This document shows, piece after piece, positions 9,302-18,977 of a DNA stretch of 32,000 bases (positions are counted from its first letter, which is position 1; every line of letters starts with the position of its first letter). Origin of the DNA: Candidatus Jordarchaeales archaeon (GTDB lineage: Archaea > Asgardarchaeota > Jordiarchaeia > Jordiarchaeales > Freyrarchaeaceae); NCBI GenBank assembly GCA_038889235.1, contig JAWAHN010000001.1:464499-496498 (forward strand), read 5' to 3'. The notes below the pieces were generated by a model. It worked only from the letters and a program-made list of their open reading frames with translations, was not told the origin of the DNA and ran no database searches. Both the position numbers and the translations under genes were made by a program.

Positions 9302-11071
9302 CTAGACTATTCCGGCTATGTAGTTCTGGGAGTAGAGTAGGGCCTCCGCGGCTCTGTTCGCAAGGCTGTATATCGGGCTCGGGTACACACCGAAGGCCAC
9401 GCATGCTAGAGCTAGGATAGCTATGGGCACGGCCATGACTAAGGACTCCTTCTTGTTTATCGCTTTAACATGGTCAGACTCTGGGGCGAACCACAAAACG
9501 TACAGTAGTCTCAGGTAGAAGGCTGCAGAGAACGCGCTCGCCAGGACTGTTGCTACTGCCACGGTCACCCACACCCAGCCTTCTGGCACGAATGGAGCGT
9601 ACCATATTGCTGCAAGCACTATCAGCGCCTTGCTCCAGAAGCCGTTGAGCGGTGGGAGCCCCATTAGTGCGAGTGTCCCTATGGCGAAGCTTATGCTTGT
9701 TATGGGTGTTTTGCGTCCTATTCCTGATAGGTCACTTATCATCCTTGAGCCAGTGGCATGTAGGTATACTCCTGAACCTAAAAACAGGAGACCTTTGGCT
9801 ATGGCGTGGTTTACGAGGTGGAAGAACGCTGCAGAGACTCCGACCGCCGTGCCTATTGATAGGCCAAGCATTATGAATCCTATGTTTAGTATGCTGCTGT
9901 AGGCCAGAAGTCTCTTTATGTCTTGTTGCAGGAGCGCCATTATGTTGGCGACTATCAGGGTTATCACGCCGAAGAGCGCTAGGGCGTAGTTCCAGTTGAA
10001 CGGGTAGCTGTATCCGGGGAACCCTGCCGGGAACATTTGCGGAAGGTTGTAGGGTGGAACATTTAGGGGGACTAGCCACGGCCAGGAGAGTGTGATCGGG
10101 AATAGCACGAAGAGGCTTCTCGCCATCGAGTAAACACCGGTTTTTATCACTACACCTGAAAGCATAGCACTTATTCCGCTGGGTGCGGCTGGGTGAGCGT
10201 CCGGAAGCCACGTGTGCACTGGGACTATTGCCGCCTTGACGCCGAAGCCTAAGACTAGTAGCGCGATGATCACGTACAACACTTGGCTCCCGATGAAGAA
10301 GCCCAGTGGGTTAATTGTACGCGAGAGGTTGATCAGGGTTCCAACATAGGCGAAGTTTAGTGTTCCCGTCAATCCGTAGATTAGCGATATGGCGTAAAGA
10401 ATCATGCTGCTGCCTACCGCGCCCATCACAAGGTACTTGAAGCCTGCCTCAACAGGCTCCCATTGTTCCTTCCTGAAGCCGACAAGAGCGTACGCTGAAA
10501 CGCCCATGATTTCAAAGAATACGAAGAGCGTGAACAAGTCTCCTGCAAAGGCGACACCATTCATCGCTGCGACAAGTATGAGGAGGAGCGCGTAGTACTT
10601 TGTTTTACCCGTATCGTGCTCCATGTACTTTATAGAGTATATGCAGACTAGGAGGCCGAGGCCGGTGAATGCCGCAGCCATCAGTATGCTTAGGAAGTCC
10701 ACAGCGAACACTGAGCCTACAGGCGGCATAGTCGCCTTGTAAAGGAGCCAGTTTTGCCCACTTACGAACAGTTGGTACGCGAAGGTGAGCCAGTAGCCTG
10801 CAGGCATATACTCGTAGTAGAGGGCCACCGGTACTAGGATTCCCTGTGTCATGAGCGACCAGTCGGATACCACTTGCAGGTACCTTAGCTGCCAGTATGT
10901 GAGGAATATGTAAAATGAGGTCGCAGCGAAGCCTATGACCGCAACTATCTCCCTGGCCAGTTGCAGTTTTCCGTCTGCGACCTTCTCGAATACTGTTCCA
11001 ACACCTAGCGTTATTAACGCGAAAACTATTGGTATTATTACCGGGTACAGGAGGGTTACATCGCTTAACAT
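9302..11071 (-). CDS. nuoN: Antiporter-like subunit, NuoN/MrpD/MbhH family
   Basis: FFEIMG, GVKAAIVPVHTWLPDAH, VVIKTG, DIKRLLAYSS and GFWSK motifs. Confidence 0.8.
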   Translation of the reverse strand: MLSDVTLLYPVIIPIVFALITLGVGTVFEKVADGKLQLAREIVAVIGFAATSFYIFLTYWQLRYLQVVSDWSLMTQGILVPVALYYEYMPAGYWLTFAYQLFVSGQNWLLYKATMPPVGSVFAVDFLSILMAAAFTGLGLLVCIYSIKYMEHDTGKTKYYALLLILVAAMNGVAFAGDLFTLFVFFEIMGVSAYALVGFRKEQWEPVEAGFKYLVMGAVGSSMILYAISLIYGLTGTLNFAYVGTLINLSRTINPLGFFIGSQVLYVIIALLVLGFGVKAAIVPVHTWLPDAHPAAPSGISAMLSGVVIKTGVYSMARSLFVLFPITLSWPWLVPLNVPPYNLPQMFPAGFPGYSYPFNWNYALALFGVITLIVANIMALLQQDIKRLLAYSSILNIGFIMLGLSIGTAVGVSAAFFHLVNHAIAKGLLFLGSGVYLHATGSRMISDLSGIGRKTPITSISFAIGTLALMGLPPLNGFWSKALIVLAAIWYAPFVPEGWVWVTVAVATVLASAFSAAFYLRLLYVLWFAPESDHVKAINKKESLVMAVPIAILALACVAFGVYPSPIYSLANRAAEALLYSQNYIAGIV

Positions 11072-11089
11072 TTCACCACGCCTCCTTTC

Positions 11090-12976
11090 TTAAACTAACA
11101 TTAGCACGGTCAGCAGGTAGACTATCTGCTCCCACCCGTAAATAGTAGGTAAGTATTGGGTGGCACCGAAGAGCGGCGCGAAGAACTGGGTTGCCATGTT
11201 CGGAGCTATTCCGAGGATCACTGTGAAGACTACCAGTATCATCGCTGGCACCGTGTATTTCAATGGAAGCTCCTTAGCGTTTTCTAGGCCCGGCTTCAAC
11301 GGTCCGAAGAATATGCGGCGTATTGCCCAGAGGTAGTATGCGAGCGTGACGGCGGTGGCCAGAACCATGAGTCCTAGAAGGAGGTACTGGTTGGCTACAG
11401 CTCCTCCAACGAAGATCAACCACTCGCTTGCAAACCCGCTGAGCGGAGGTATTCCTGCGAGCGAGAGTCCAGATATAACTGCAAGCGTTGCCGTCACGGG
11501 CATTCTGCCCGCGAGCCCGCCGAGCTTGTCGAAGTCTATGGTGTTAAACTGTTTGAGGAGGAGGCCTGCGATCATGAACCAGGTAGCTATGCATATCCCG
11601 TGGTTTATTATGTGGAAGAAGGAGCCAGTAACGCTGAAGAACGTGTTCATAGCGTAGCCGAAGAATATGTAGCCCATCTGGCTCATGGAGGAGTATGCAA
11701 GCATAGCTTTCAAGTTCTTCTGTGTTAGAGCCATTATTCCTCCGTAGAAGGCTGTTGCTATGGCGAGTATTCCTAGCCCAACAGTCATCATGGAGACTGA
11801 GGGGGCAAGGTAGAGGGATACCAGCCTAGCTATACCGTAGGCCGCTGTCTTGGTCATCGCAGCACTTAGCAAGAGCGTTACAGGCATTGGGGCCTCCATG
11901 TACGTGTCCGGAAGCCACGTGTGCAGCGGGAATATAGCCATCTTGACGGCGAATCCCACTAGTACAAGTGAGACCGGCAGAACCATCACGGCACCTATCA
12001 GCGCTAGGGATAGCCATTGCTGAACTTGCTGACCTATAACTGTTGACGCAAGCCATGGGATGAGGCTGCCCACCACGTTTGAGTACACTAAGTCCTTGTA
12101 AGCACTTACGATCACTCCCATTTCTTGTATGTTGAAAGTTCCAAGGTTTACTCCGGTCATGAGCATGCCGACCAGCATGAACGCCGAGCCGAACGTGGTC
12201 CAAAGGAAGTACTTGAGAGCCGTTGCGCCACGCCTCTCGGTTAGCCCGTAGCGTGCAACAAGGACGTATGTGGGTATGAGCATCAGCTCCCAGAACACGA
12301 AGAACTCTATTATGTTTGTTGAGAAGACGACGCCCAGCATGCCTCCTATGAAGAGGAGGAGGCAGGCGTAGAACGTCCCGGGGTTCTCTAGGTTCTCCAT
12401 GTGCGTTGCACAGTGGAAGACGACTAGTGCTCCGAGGCCTGATATCAGCATCGCAACGGGGGCGCTTAGTCCATCGGCGACAAATCCTGCATCAATCGGG
12501 AGGAGCAGGAGTGGGTTCATGGATACTACTATCGGGACGTCTATTCTAGGAGCGGGTTGAGGGATGACGTTGTAGAATGGACGGAGCACAAGCCTGTACT
12601 GGAACAGGTGGAAGGCTGGGTAAACCACCGCGCGGTCGAAGGGGTTTGGATAGTATGGAACTGGGCTTTTAAGTAGGGACACTTGCCAAGTTGACAAGTC
12701 GACGCTGAGGGCAGCCTGCTGGAATGGGACGTAAACTAGCAATTGGTAGGTTTTCGTGGCCACGTTGAACGAAATGGATGCCAGGATGTTGTACGACGTG
12801 AGGAGGATGTACGACACATGCATTATCAATATGGCTGAAGCCACTGCTGCAGCCACGGAGAGCCACTTAGCGGCTCTACCCCACTTCTTTCCTAACAGGT
12901 AAACTATCGGGCTTAGCAAGATCAACACTGCTACTGAGGCTGCAAGTTCGTAGCCGGACAACACGTCGAGTATCAT
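11090..12976 (-). CDS. nuoM: Antiporter-like subunit NuoM
   Basis: FWELMLIP, AVKMAIFPLHTWLPD, MTKTAAY, LKAMLAYSS and GFASEW (TM12 Glu typical of NuoM). Confidence 0.85.
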   Translation of the reverse strand: MILDVLSGYELAASVAVLILLSPIVYLLGKKWGRAAKWLSVAAAVASAILIMHVSYILLTSYNILASISFNVATKTYQLLVYVPFQQAALSVDLSTWQVSLLKSPVPYYPNPFDRAVVYPAFHLFQYRLVLRPFYNVIPQPAPRIDVPIVVSMNPLLLLPIDAGFVADGLSAPVAMLISGLGALVVFHCATHMENLENPGTFYACLLLFIGGMLGVVFSTNIIEFFVFWELMLIPTYVLVARYGLTERRGATALKYFLWTTFGSAFMLVGMLMTGVNLGTFNIQEMGVIVSAYKDLVYSNVVGSLIPWLASTVIGQQVQQWLSLALIGAVMVLPVSLVLVGFAVKMAIFPLHTWLPDTYMEAPMPVTLLLSAAMTKTAAYGIARLVSLYLAPSVSMMTVGLGILAIATAFYGGIMALTQKNLKAMLAYSSMSQMGYIFFGYAMNTFFSVTGSFFHIINHGICIATWFMIAGLLLKQFNTIDFDKLGGLAGRMPVTATLAVISGLSLAGIPPLSGFASEWLIFVGGAVANQYLLLGLMVLATAVTLAYYLWAIRRIFFGPLKPGLENAKELPLKYTVPAMILVVFTVILGIAPNMATQFFAPLFGATQYLPTIYGWEQIVYLLTVLMLV

Positions 12977-12991
12977 TTCTCCTCGCCTCCT

Positions 12992-15403
12992 TTACCAGAA
13001 CACTAACAAGAGGAACATGAACACCAAGACGCCGAGTAATAGGTACATTACGTTGACGTATGCTATCCCCGTTTGCGTCTTCCTGAACGAGTCGGAAACC
13101 TTGACAGTTACTGTGGCAGCTACGTAGTTCAGGCGGTCGAGCCCTCTTTCCACGTAGTTGTAGAGCGCCGATGCAAGGCTTAGGAAGCCATCAACGAAGA
13201 CCAAGTAGTATATCTGGTTTATGTACCAGCGGTTCCACAGGAACTTCCATATAGCACCGCCAACGCGGTTGCTTGTGACTTTGGACGGGTCTCCGCGCCT
13301 CGCTATGTAGTAGTACCATGCTGGAACAAATCCGACTACGAACATCGCTAAAGACGTCACTATGCTCATCCAGGCGCCAGCGAGCTCAGACATCCAGCCG
13401 CTGTAAGTGGTCAAGTGCAAGTATTCGTAGACTTCAAGTAACACGACTTGCTTGTGTGATAGCATGTGTTCGACGATGAAGTGCGGGTACTCTGAGAACG
13501 AGAGTCCACCTAGAAGGACTGGGCGGATGTACTCTGCGTGGAGCAAGTATGTTCCCAGCGGTCCGAGGAAGAACTGCCTGAAGAGCGGTTCAAGCCACCC
13601 TGCGGCTAACGTTGCCGCTGCTAGGATTACGAGTGGAACCCACATTACTGGCGGCGCCTCCTTGATTGGTCCGTGTTCCTCCTCGATTTTCTTGACGTGG
13701 CTGCTTGGTTCTCCGTGGAATACTAGGCCTATCATCCTGAAGGTGTAGAAGGTCGTTATCGCTACAACCACTGCTGCTAGAGCGTACACGGCTAGCTGGT
13801 TCGCTCTTAATGTAGCGCCGAATATTGCTTCTTTGCTGAAGAAGCCAGCGAAGCCAGGGAAGCCTGCTAGCGATAAGCCGCCGACCACCATGCATGCATA
13901 GGTTATGGGCATTTTCTGTTTGAGACCACCCATCTCGAACATGTCTTTGGTTTCAACTGCGTGAAGCACTGCTCCAGCGCAGAGGAATAGGAGTGCTTTG
14001 AATATCGCGTGAGCCATGAGGTGAAATGTTCCAGCAGTGAAGCCCGCAACGGACATTGTTGAGGAACCTACAACGCCTAGGGCAAGCATCATGTAGCCGA
14101 TCTGGCTTATCGTGGAGTAAGCGAGAACCTTCTTAAGTTCTCTTGAAACAACACCCATGGTTGCCGCTAGGAAAGCTGTGAAGACGCCTATGGACGCCAC
14201 GGTGTTAAAGAATGTGCTCAGGCCGTACTGGGTGGCTGTGTAGAGGAACACCCACTGCCCGGAGGTTAGCACTAGTGTAGACGCGTACTTGGTTGGCTCA
14301 AAAGCGGCTTCTAGTAGTATTTGCTGGGAACCGTAGAATATGGGAAGCATGCGCGCTACGAGATACACGCCTGCCTTAACCATCGTGGCGGCGTGTATCA
14401 ACGCTGAAACCGTTGTTGGACCAGCCATTGCTTCTGGCAACCACTCGTGCAGTGGGAACTGAGCCGACTTAGCTACCGGCCCGCCGAAGAGTAGGAGGGC
14501 TACTGTCGGTAGCAGTCCTCTTAGCGCTAAATCTGTGACCCAGCCTATGCTACCTACACTGTAGTTTATGGCGGCGTTTTGCTGTAACTGGACGAGGTTG
14601 AACGTTCCCGAGAAGAAGAAGATCAGCGCTATGGCGATCAGCAGTGCCACGTCTCCTATTTTCGTCATTATGAATGCTTTCATACCGCAGAGGGCGTTGT
14701 ACTCTCCTTCGGTCGGCCTGTATTCTGGGGTGTCTTTAGGCGCGGTGCATGGCTCCTCTTTCTTGTGCCAGAAGCCAATTAGCGCCCAGCTGCACAGTCC
14801 GACTATTTCCCAGCCTATGAAAAGCTGTAGGAGGTTGTCGGTCACCACCAGCATTGTCATGCCGCCTATGAAGAAGTTCATGAAGAACCAGTACCTCGTG
14901 AGGTCCGGGTCACCGTGCATGTAGCCTAGTGAGAAGACCATTATGAGGAAGCCTATGCAGGTTACAATGCACGCCATGAAGACGCTTAACGGATCGACGA
15001 GTACTCCTGCGTATATTCCCTTAGGTATCATGAAAGCGTATGGGGCCTGCCAGAATTCTATCGGCGGGTTTACTGGGAGCCAGGGTATCCAGAGGATTTT
15101 TGCGTTATATGGTAGGAGCGAGATCCAGCGTAAAGTTATAGGTATGCTTGCCCCTTGAACTGTTAGGGTGAATTTTAGATCCCAAGGTATTGGGCTCTCG
15201 CCTATCAGTATTTCTGGCTGTGAAAGTACCACGAACCCGTTCACCACGTCGGGTATCATTGATACCGCGAAGACTGCGGCTGCTGCCGAGAAGAGGACAG
15301 CCATTATGTCTCTGACCTTCGGGTGTATTTTAGCAAGGGCGGGCGTTAGGGCCGCACCTATCATGGGGATTATCCAGCAGAGCCAGGCGGCGTTGGGCAA
15401 CAT
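12992..15403 (-). CDS. nuoL: Antiporter-like subunit NuoL/MrpA
   Basis: GWEIVGLCS, KSAQFPLHEWLPEAMAGPTTVSALIHAATMV and FFSKE motifs, with a long C-terminal lateral helix region ending QTG..Y. Confidence 0.9.
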   Translation of the reverse strand: MLPNAAWLCWIIPMIGAALTPALAKIHPKVRDIMAVLFSAAAAVFAVSMIPDVVNGFVVLSQPEILIGESPIPWDLKFTLTVQGASIPITLRWISLLPYNAKILWIPWLPVNPPIEFWQAPYAFMIPKGIYAGVLVDPLSVFMACIVTCIGFLIMVFSLGYMHGDPDLTRYWFFMNFFIGGMTMLVVTDNLLQLFIGWEIVGLCSWALIGFWHKKEEPCTAPKDTPEYRPTEGEYNALCGMKAFIMTKIGDVALLIAIALIFFFSGTFNLVQLQQNAAINYSVGSIGWVTDLALRGLLPTVALLLFGGPVAKSAQFPLHEWLPEAMAGPTTVSALIHAATMVKAGVYLVARMLPIFYGSQQILLEAAFEPTKYASTLVLTSGQWVFLYTATQYGLSTFFNTVASIGVFTAFLAATMGVVSRELKKVLAYSTISQIGYMMLALGVVGSSTMSVAGFTAGTFHLMAHAIFKALLFLCAGAVLHAVETKDMFEMGGLKQKMPITYACMVVGGLSLAGFPGFAGFFSKEAIFGATLRANQLAVYALAAVVVAITTFYTFRMIGLVFHGEPSSHVKKIEEEHGPIKEAPPVMWVPLVILAAATLAAGWLEPLFRQFFLGPLGTYLLHAEYIRPVLLGGLSFSEYPHFIVEHMLSHKQVVLLEVYEYLHLTTYSGWMSELAGAWMSIVTSLAMFVVGFVPAWYYYIARRGDPSKVTSNRVGGAIWKFLWNRWYINQIYYLVFVDGFLSLASALYNYVERGLDRLNYVAATVTVKVSDSFRKTQTGIAYVNVMYLLLGVLVFMFLLLVFW

Positions 15404-15425
15404 TTTTCTACCACCCCTTCTTAAA

Positions 15426-15863
15426 TCACCATTTCAGTCTTCTCATCTTTTGAACATCCAACGTTCCATAATGCCTGTATAGGGCGATCACGAAGGATAA
15501 CGCTATAGCGGTTACACAGCTTGCCAGTACTATTGATGTCATGACCATGGAGTGGGCGAGCGGGTCCACGAACAACGGGTTAAATTGCACTGCTTCCATG
15601 AGGAAGCTGCCGTAGAGGGCTAAGGCCACCGGGTCGGAGTGGACGACGTTGAGTAGAAGCATGTAGATCCCCTGGATCCATTGCGTTACCCACCGGTATG
15701 CTGAAAGCGCTATCAGATTTAGGTGAGCGGCGTTGATGAGTATTTCTATCCCGATGACTATCTTGATCAAGTTTCTCTTTGTGGCCACAGCGTAGAGCCC
15801 TATTCCGTACAATATCGCTGCTATGCCTAGGTATAGTCCGGGGGAGAGGGGTAGTGCCATCAT
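15426..15863 (-). CDS. nuoK: NuoK/MrpC-family subunit
   Basis: GLY.VATKRNLIKIVIGIEILINA; ends LYRHYGTLDV..MRRLKW. The second NuoK Glu is absent (MrpC-like). Confidence 0.85.
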   Translation of the reverse strand: MMALPLSPGLYLGIAAILYGIGLYAVATKRNLIKIVIGIEILINAAHLNLIALSAYRWVTQWIQGIYMLLLNVVHSDPVALALYGSFLMEAVQFNPLFVDPLAHSMVMTSIVLASCVTAIALSFVIALYRHYGTLDVQKMRRLKW

Positions 15864-15866
15864 TTA

Positions 15867-16181
15867 TCACCTCTCTTTTTTCTCCTCTCTAAAGAGTATG
15901 GACGCTCCTATCGCTGCGGCGACTATTGCTACTCCTTGGAAAATCGTGTCGAAAAGCCGCGTGGACCACATGTAGACGCCTTCATAGAAGCCTATTTGAG
16001 CTACTGGAATCATGGTCACGTTTACTGACGGCATAAGTAGTTCTACGGTGCAAGTGAATAACTGGTATGAGAATGGTTTAAGCCAGAGCATGTTTATGAG
16101 GATCACTGCGACGGCGCCAGCGAGGATTATTCCCGACAGTATTCTAGCGGCTTTTAAAACAAGCTTTTTCTTCTCACTCAT
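15867..16181 (-). CDS. MbhE-like / NuoJ C-terminal-half subunit
   Basis: R.FDTIFQG..IVAAAIGA motif typical of the MbhE/MrpA C-terminal/NuoJ second half. Located between the J-like and K-like genes. Confidence 0.65.
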   Translation of the reverse strand: MSEKKKLVLKAARILSGIILAGAVAVILINMLWLKPFSYQLFTCTVELLMPSVNVTMIPVAQIGFYEGVYMWSTRLFDTIFQGVAIVAAAIGASILFREEKKER

Positions 16182-16447
16182 TCCTCTTCACGCTCCACAG
16201 GTTCTTGCGCCACGTTAATTGTTACTAGCAGGAGGACAGCTATGGCTCCAGCAAATATTACTAGTTGGAGCGCGGCGACCCATGGCGCGAAGAGGAGGTA
16301 GAACAGGATCCCCAGTACGATGCACATGCCAGCGAAAGAGATTACAGCGTAGTCGAGGCGTTTGACTTCAACGGCGATCACTGCCAAGACTACTGCTATT
16401 GCCAGAAGCAAGCCGTGAACAATTGTAGGGCTCAACATTTTGGGCAT
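16178..16447 (-). CDS. NuoJ N-terminal-half / MbhD (DUF4040)-like subunit
   Basis: Three TM helices, A..VAALQLVIFAGAIAVL motif, 4-nt overlap with the next gene. Confidence 0.7.
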   Translation of the reverse strand: MPKMLSPTIVHGLLLAIAVVLAVIAVEVKRLDYAVISFAGMCIVLGILFYLLFAPWVAALQLVIFAGAIAVLLLVTINVAQEPVEREEE

Positions 16448-16606
16448 CCTCTCTTTTTAGAGAGTTTTAAGGTGACAAAACAGCTTCATGTGTTTTCAAT
16501 ATTTAACTTTAACGTTTATCAAGAAGGGAGATTAGGCGAGGAGCTACGAAATCTGCCTAAAAGAATAAATAGGGGTTTTCGCTTAGAGTTTTCCTGGCAT
16601 GGAAGT

Positions 16607-16699
16607 GGGCCCCTAGCTCAGCCTGGTAGAGCTTAGAGCGCTAAAAGCACCCGGTTCGCACCCGGGAGGCCGCGGGTTCAAATCCCGCGGGGTCCACCA
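16607..16699 (+). tRNA. tRNA-Ala(CGC) with a 16-nt non-canonical intron at about 22/23 (16630-16645); CCA encoded
   Basis: Acceptor GGGCCCC/GGGGTCC with G3:U70 and A73. Anticodon stem CCCGG/CCGGG, loop TTCGCAC. T arm GCGGG-TTCAAAT-CCCGC. The 16-nt D-arm insertion fits a BHB motif. Confidence 0.93.
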
Positions 16700-17045
16700 C
16701 CTTCTACTTCTTAATCTCTGTGCCTTATTAATGCGAATCCTACTTGCGTGTTGTGCCGGGAGGCCGAAGCTTTCGTACAATTTGCTTTTTAGGCTTTTGC
16801 GGATTGGCGGGCTGTAGGGGGAAGAATGAGCTGCGCTTTCGACTAGTGGTTTCATTTCCCAGCTTGGTCCCTTTTGTTGTCGGAAAGTTTAGTTGATTGT
16901 ATCTTGTTGCTTAGATGAGAAACGTTTTTTAGCTTCTCTCTTTTTGTTGCTGGCGAGTGCTGGCTGAAGCCGCGGTTTCACACCATGTCCTCAGAAATTT
17001 AAGGGAGCTCTGAGTTCTTGAAGAGGTTTCCGCTGCGGGTATGAG

Positions 17046-18971
17046 GTGGGGATAGTGTACGGATATTCCGGTAGAGTTCTCATTGTCGATCTTTCAAGGG
17101 GGAAAGTGAAGGGTGTTGAGCTGAATAGGTCACTTATCGAGCTTTTTATTGGAGGTCTAGGGGGGAATCTGAAGCTTATAGCTGACTTTAGTGATAGGTG
17201 GGTTCACCCGTACTCCCCTGATGCTTGCCTGGTACTGGGTGCCGGTCCGCTCGTAGGTACTGTAGCTCCGGGTGCGGCGAAGGTTTCGGCTGTCTGTAAG
17301 TTTCCGCTTACCGAAACATATGGTTTCTCTTCTGGAGGGTTTGTTTTCGGGGTGTTGATGAAAGCCGCCGGATATGACCACATTGTTATTAAAGGGCGGG
17401 CTAAAAGGCCGGTATACTTGGATGTCTCCGACTGCGGTGTAGAGATTTGTGACGCAAGAGATCTGTGGGGTCGAGACGTCTACGATGTTACGAGGGAGCT
17501 GCAGGGACGGTATGGAATGTGCGGTGTTCTAACTATCGGGCAAGCAGGAGAGAAGCTGGTTAGATTTTCTGTGGCTATAATGGATTTGTGTTCCAGTCTC
17601 GGAAGGGGGGGAATGGGCGCGGTTATGGGTTCTAAGAACCTGAAAGCGGTGGTTGTTAGGGGAGAAAGAGGGGTGGAGGTTGCCGACGAAGAAGGGTTCC
17701 TCGAGAAGGCTTCAATGGTTGTCGAAAGAATATGCAGCAACCCGCGTTACGATGCTTGGGTTAAGTTTGGCTCTATGACTTGTTGGGAGTTCAGGACGGG
17801 GTTGATAAAGGCGTGGCCTTGCGATGGTTGGAGGGGGCTTATGCCGGGGAGAGAGGCTGAAGCATTGTTCGGACCAAAGGTTTTTGTTGAAAAGGTCAAA
17901 GAGAGAACTTTATCCTGCCCCTCATGCCCCGTTGGAGACAGACTCATTGCCAGATTTGATGATGAAGGAGGGGGGAGCGTTTGCATGTCCCAGTTTTTTG
18001 GGCCAGCTTACGCTTTCGGAGTACGCTGCAAAGTGGGAGATGGTAGAAAGATCGCCTACTGCTACTATTTGGCTAATAAGTACGGGATAGACTACACGAC
18101 TCTGGCTTCTGTCGTCGAGCTAGTTAAAATATTGCGGGAGAGAGGTTACGTGAAGACTAGTTTTGGCAGCGACGAGTTCGAGGAAACAGTGAACTTGATT
18201 AAGGCGGTCTCGCTAAGGGAGAAGTTAGGTGGAATTCTAGCTGAGGGACCTGTAAGGGCTGCAGCGAAGTTTAATGCCGGCCTCCTCGAAGAGATAGTCA
18301 GTATTAAAGGTATGGACCCCCCGCTGGATGGAAGATTTAACTTTGGCACAGAGGCGTTTGAGGTGATAGTTAATCCAATGGGGGGGCATTACATATCGGG
18401 TTTCTCTCCAACGTTCATGATTGGGGCAAGCTTTGGCAAGCTTAAAAAATTCTGCGCCAGGATAGGGGTTCCCAAGGAGGCGATAGATAGAATATTTACG
18501 CCTTCGTTTAACGTTGCAAGGATGACGCGTTATGTTGAGGATTGGTACGCTGTCCTATCTTCGCTGGGGATTTGCTGCCGCCAGCCGGTGGCTCAAGGGT
18601 ATTCGATAGCAATCCTAGCCGAGCTGTATACTCTAGCCACAGGTGTGAAGATGTCCCCTAAGAGACTTATTAAGGTTGGAGAGCGCGCTTGGAACCTTTT
18701 GAAGATCCTCAATGTGAGGGAGGGGTTTTCCAGGAAGGACGACGTTTTTCCTGAAAAGTGGTTGAAGGAGCCTCTTAAAGGGGAGAACATTGTTATGCGG
18801 CTCATGGATTACTACAGGAGTAAAAACATAGGAGTGGACGAGGCGGAGAAGCTTCTCGACGACTATTATGCTGAAAGAGAGTGGAGTATTGAGTGCGGGA
18901 CGCCGACTGAGAGTAAACTCGCTGAACTAGACTTGCTATCTATAGCGAGAAAGATGGGCATTCTAGGGTGA
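17046..18971 (+). CDS. Aldehyde:ferredoxin oxidoreductase family protein (divergent)
   Basis: GYSGRVLIVDLS, GRGGMGAVMGSKNLKAVVVRG, NKYGID, SLGIC and ERAWNL...N.REG motifs. Confidence 0.9.
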   Translation: MGIVYGYSGRVLIVDLSRGKVKGVELNRSLIELFIGGLGGNLKLIADFSDRWVHPYSPDACLVLGAGPLVGTVAPGAAKVSAVCKFPLTETYGFSSGGFVFGVLMKAAGYDHIVIKGRAKRPVYLDVSDCGVEICDARDLWGRDVYDVTRELQGRYGMCGVLTIGQAGEKLVRFSVAIMDLCSSLGRGGMGAVMGSKNLKAVVVRGERGVEVADEEGFLEKASMVVERICSNPRYDAWVKFGSMTCWEFRTGLIKAWPCDGWRGLMPGREAEALFGPKVFVEKVKERTLSCPSCPVGDRLIARFDDEGGGSVCMSQFFGPAYAFGVRCKVGDGRKIAYCYYLANKYGIDYTTLASVVELVKILRERGYVKTSFGSDEFEETVNLIKAVSLREKLGGILAEGPVRAAAKFNAGLLEEIVSIKGMDPPLDGRFNFGTEAFEVIVNPMGGHYISGFSPTFMIGASFGKLKKFCARIGVPKEAIDRIFTPSFNVARMTRYVEDWYAVLSSLGICCRQPVAQGYSIAILAELYTLATGVKMSPKRLIKVGERAWNLLKILNVREGFSRKDDVFPEKWLKEPLKGENIVMRLMDYYRSKNIGVDEAEKLLDDYYAEREWSIECGTPTESKLAELDLLSIARKMGILG

Positions 18972-18977
18972 GGAAGG

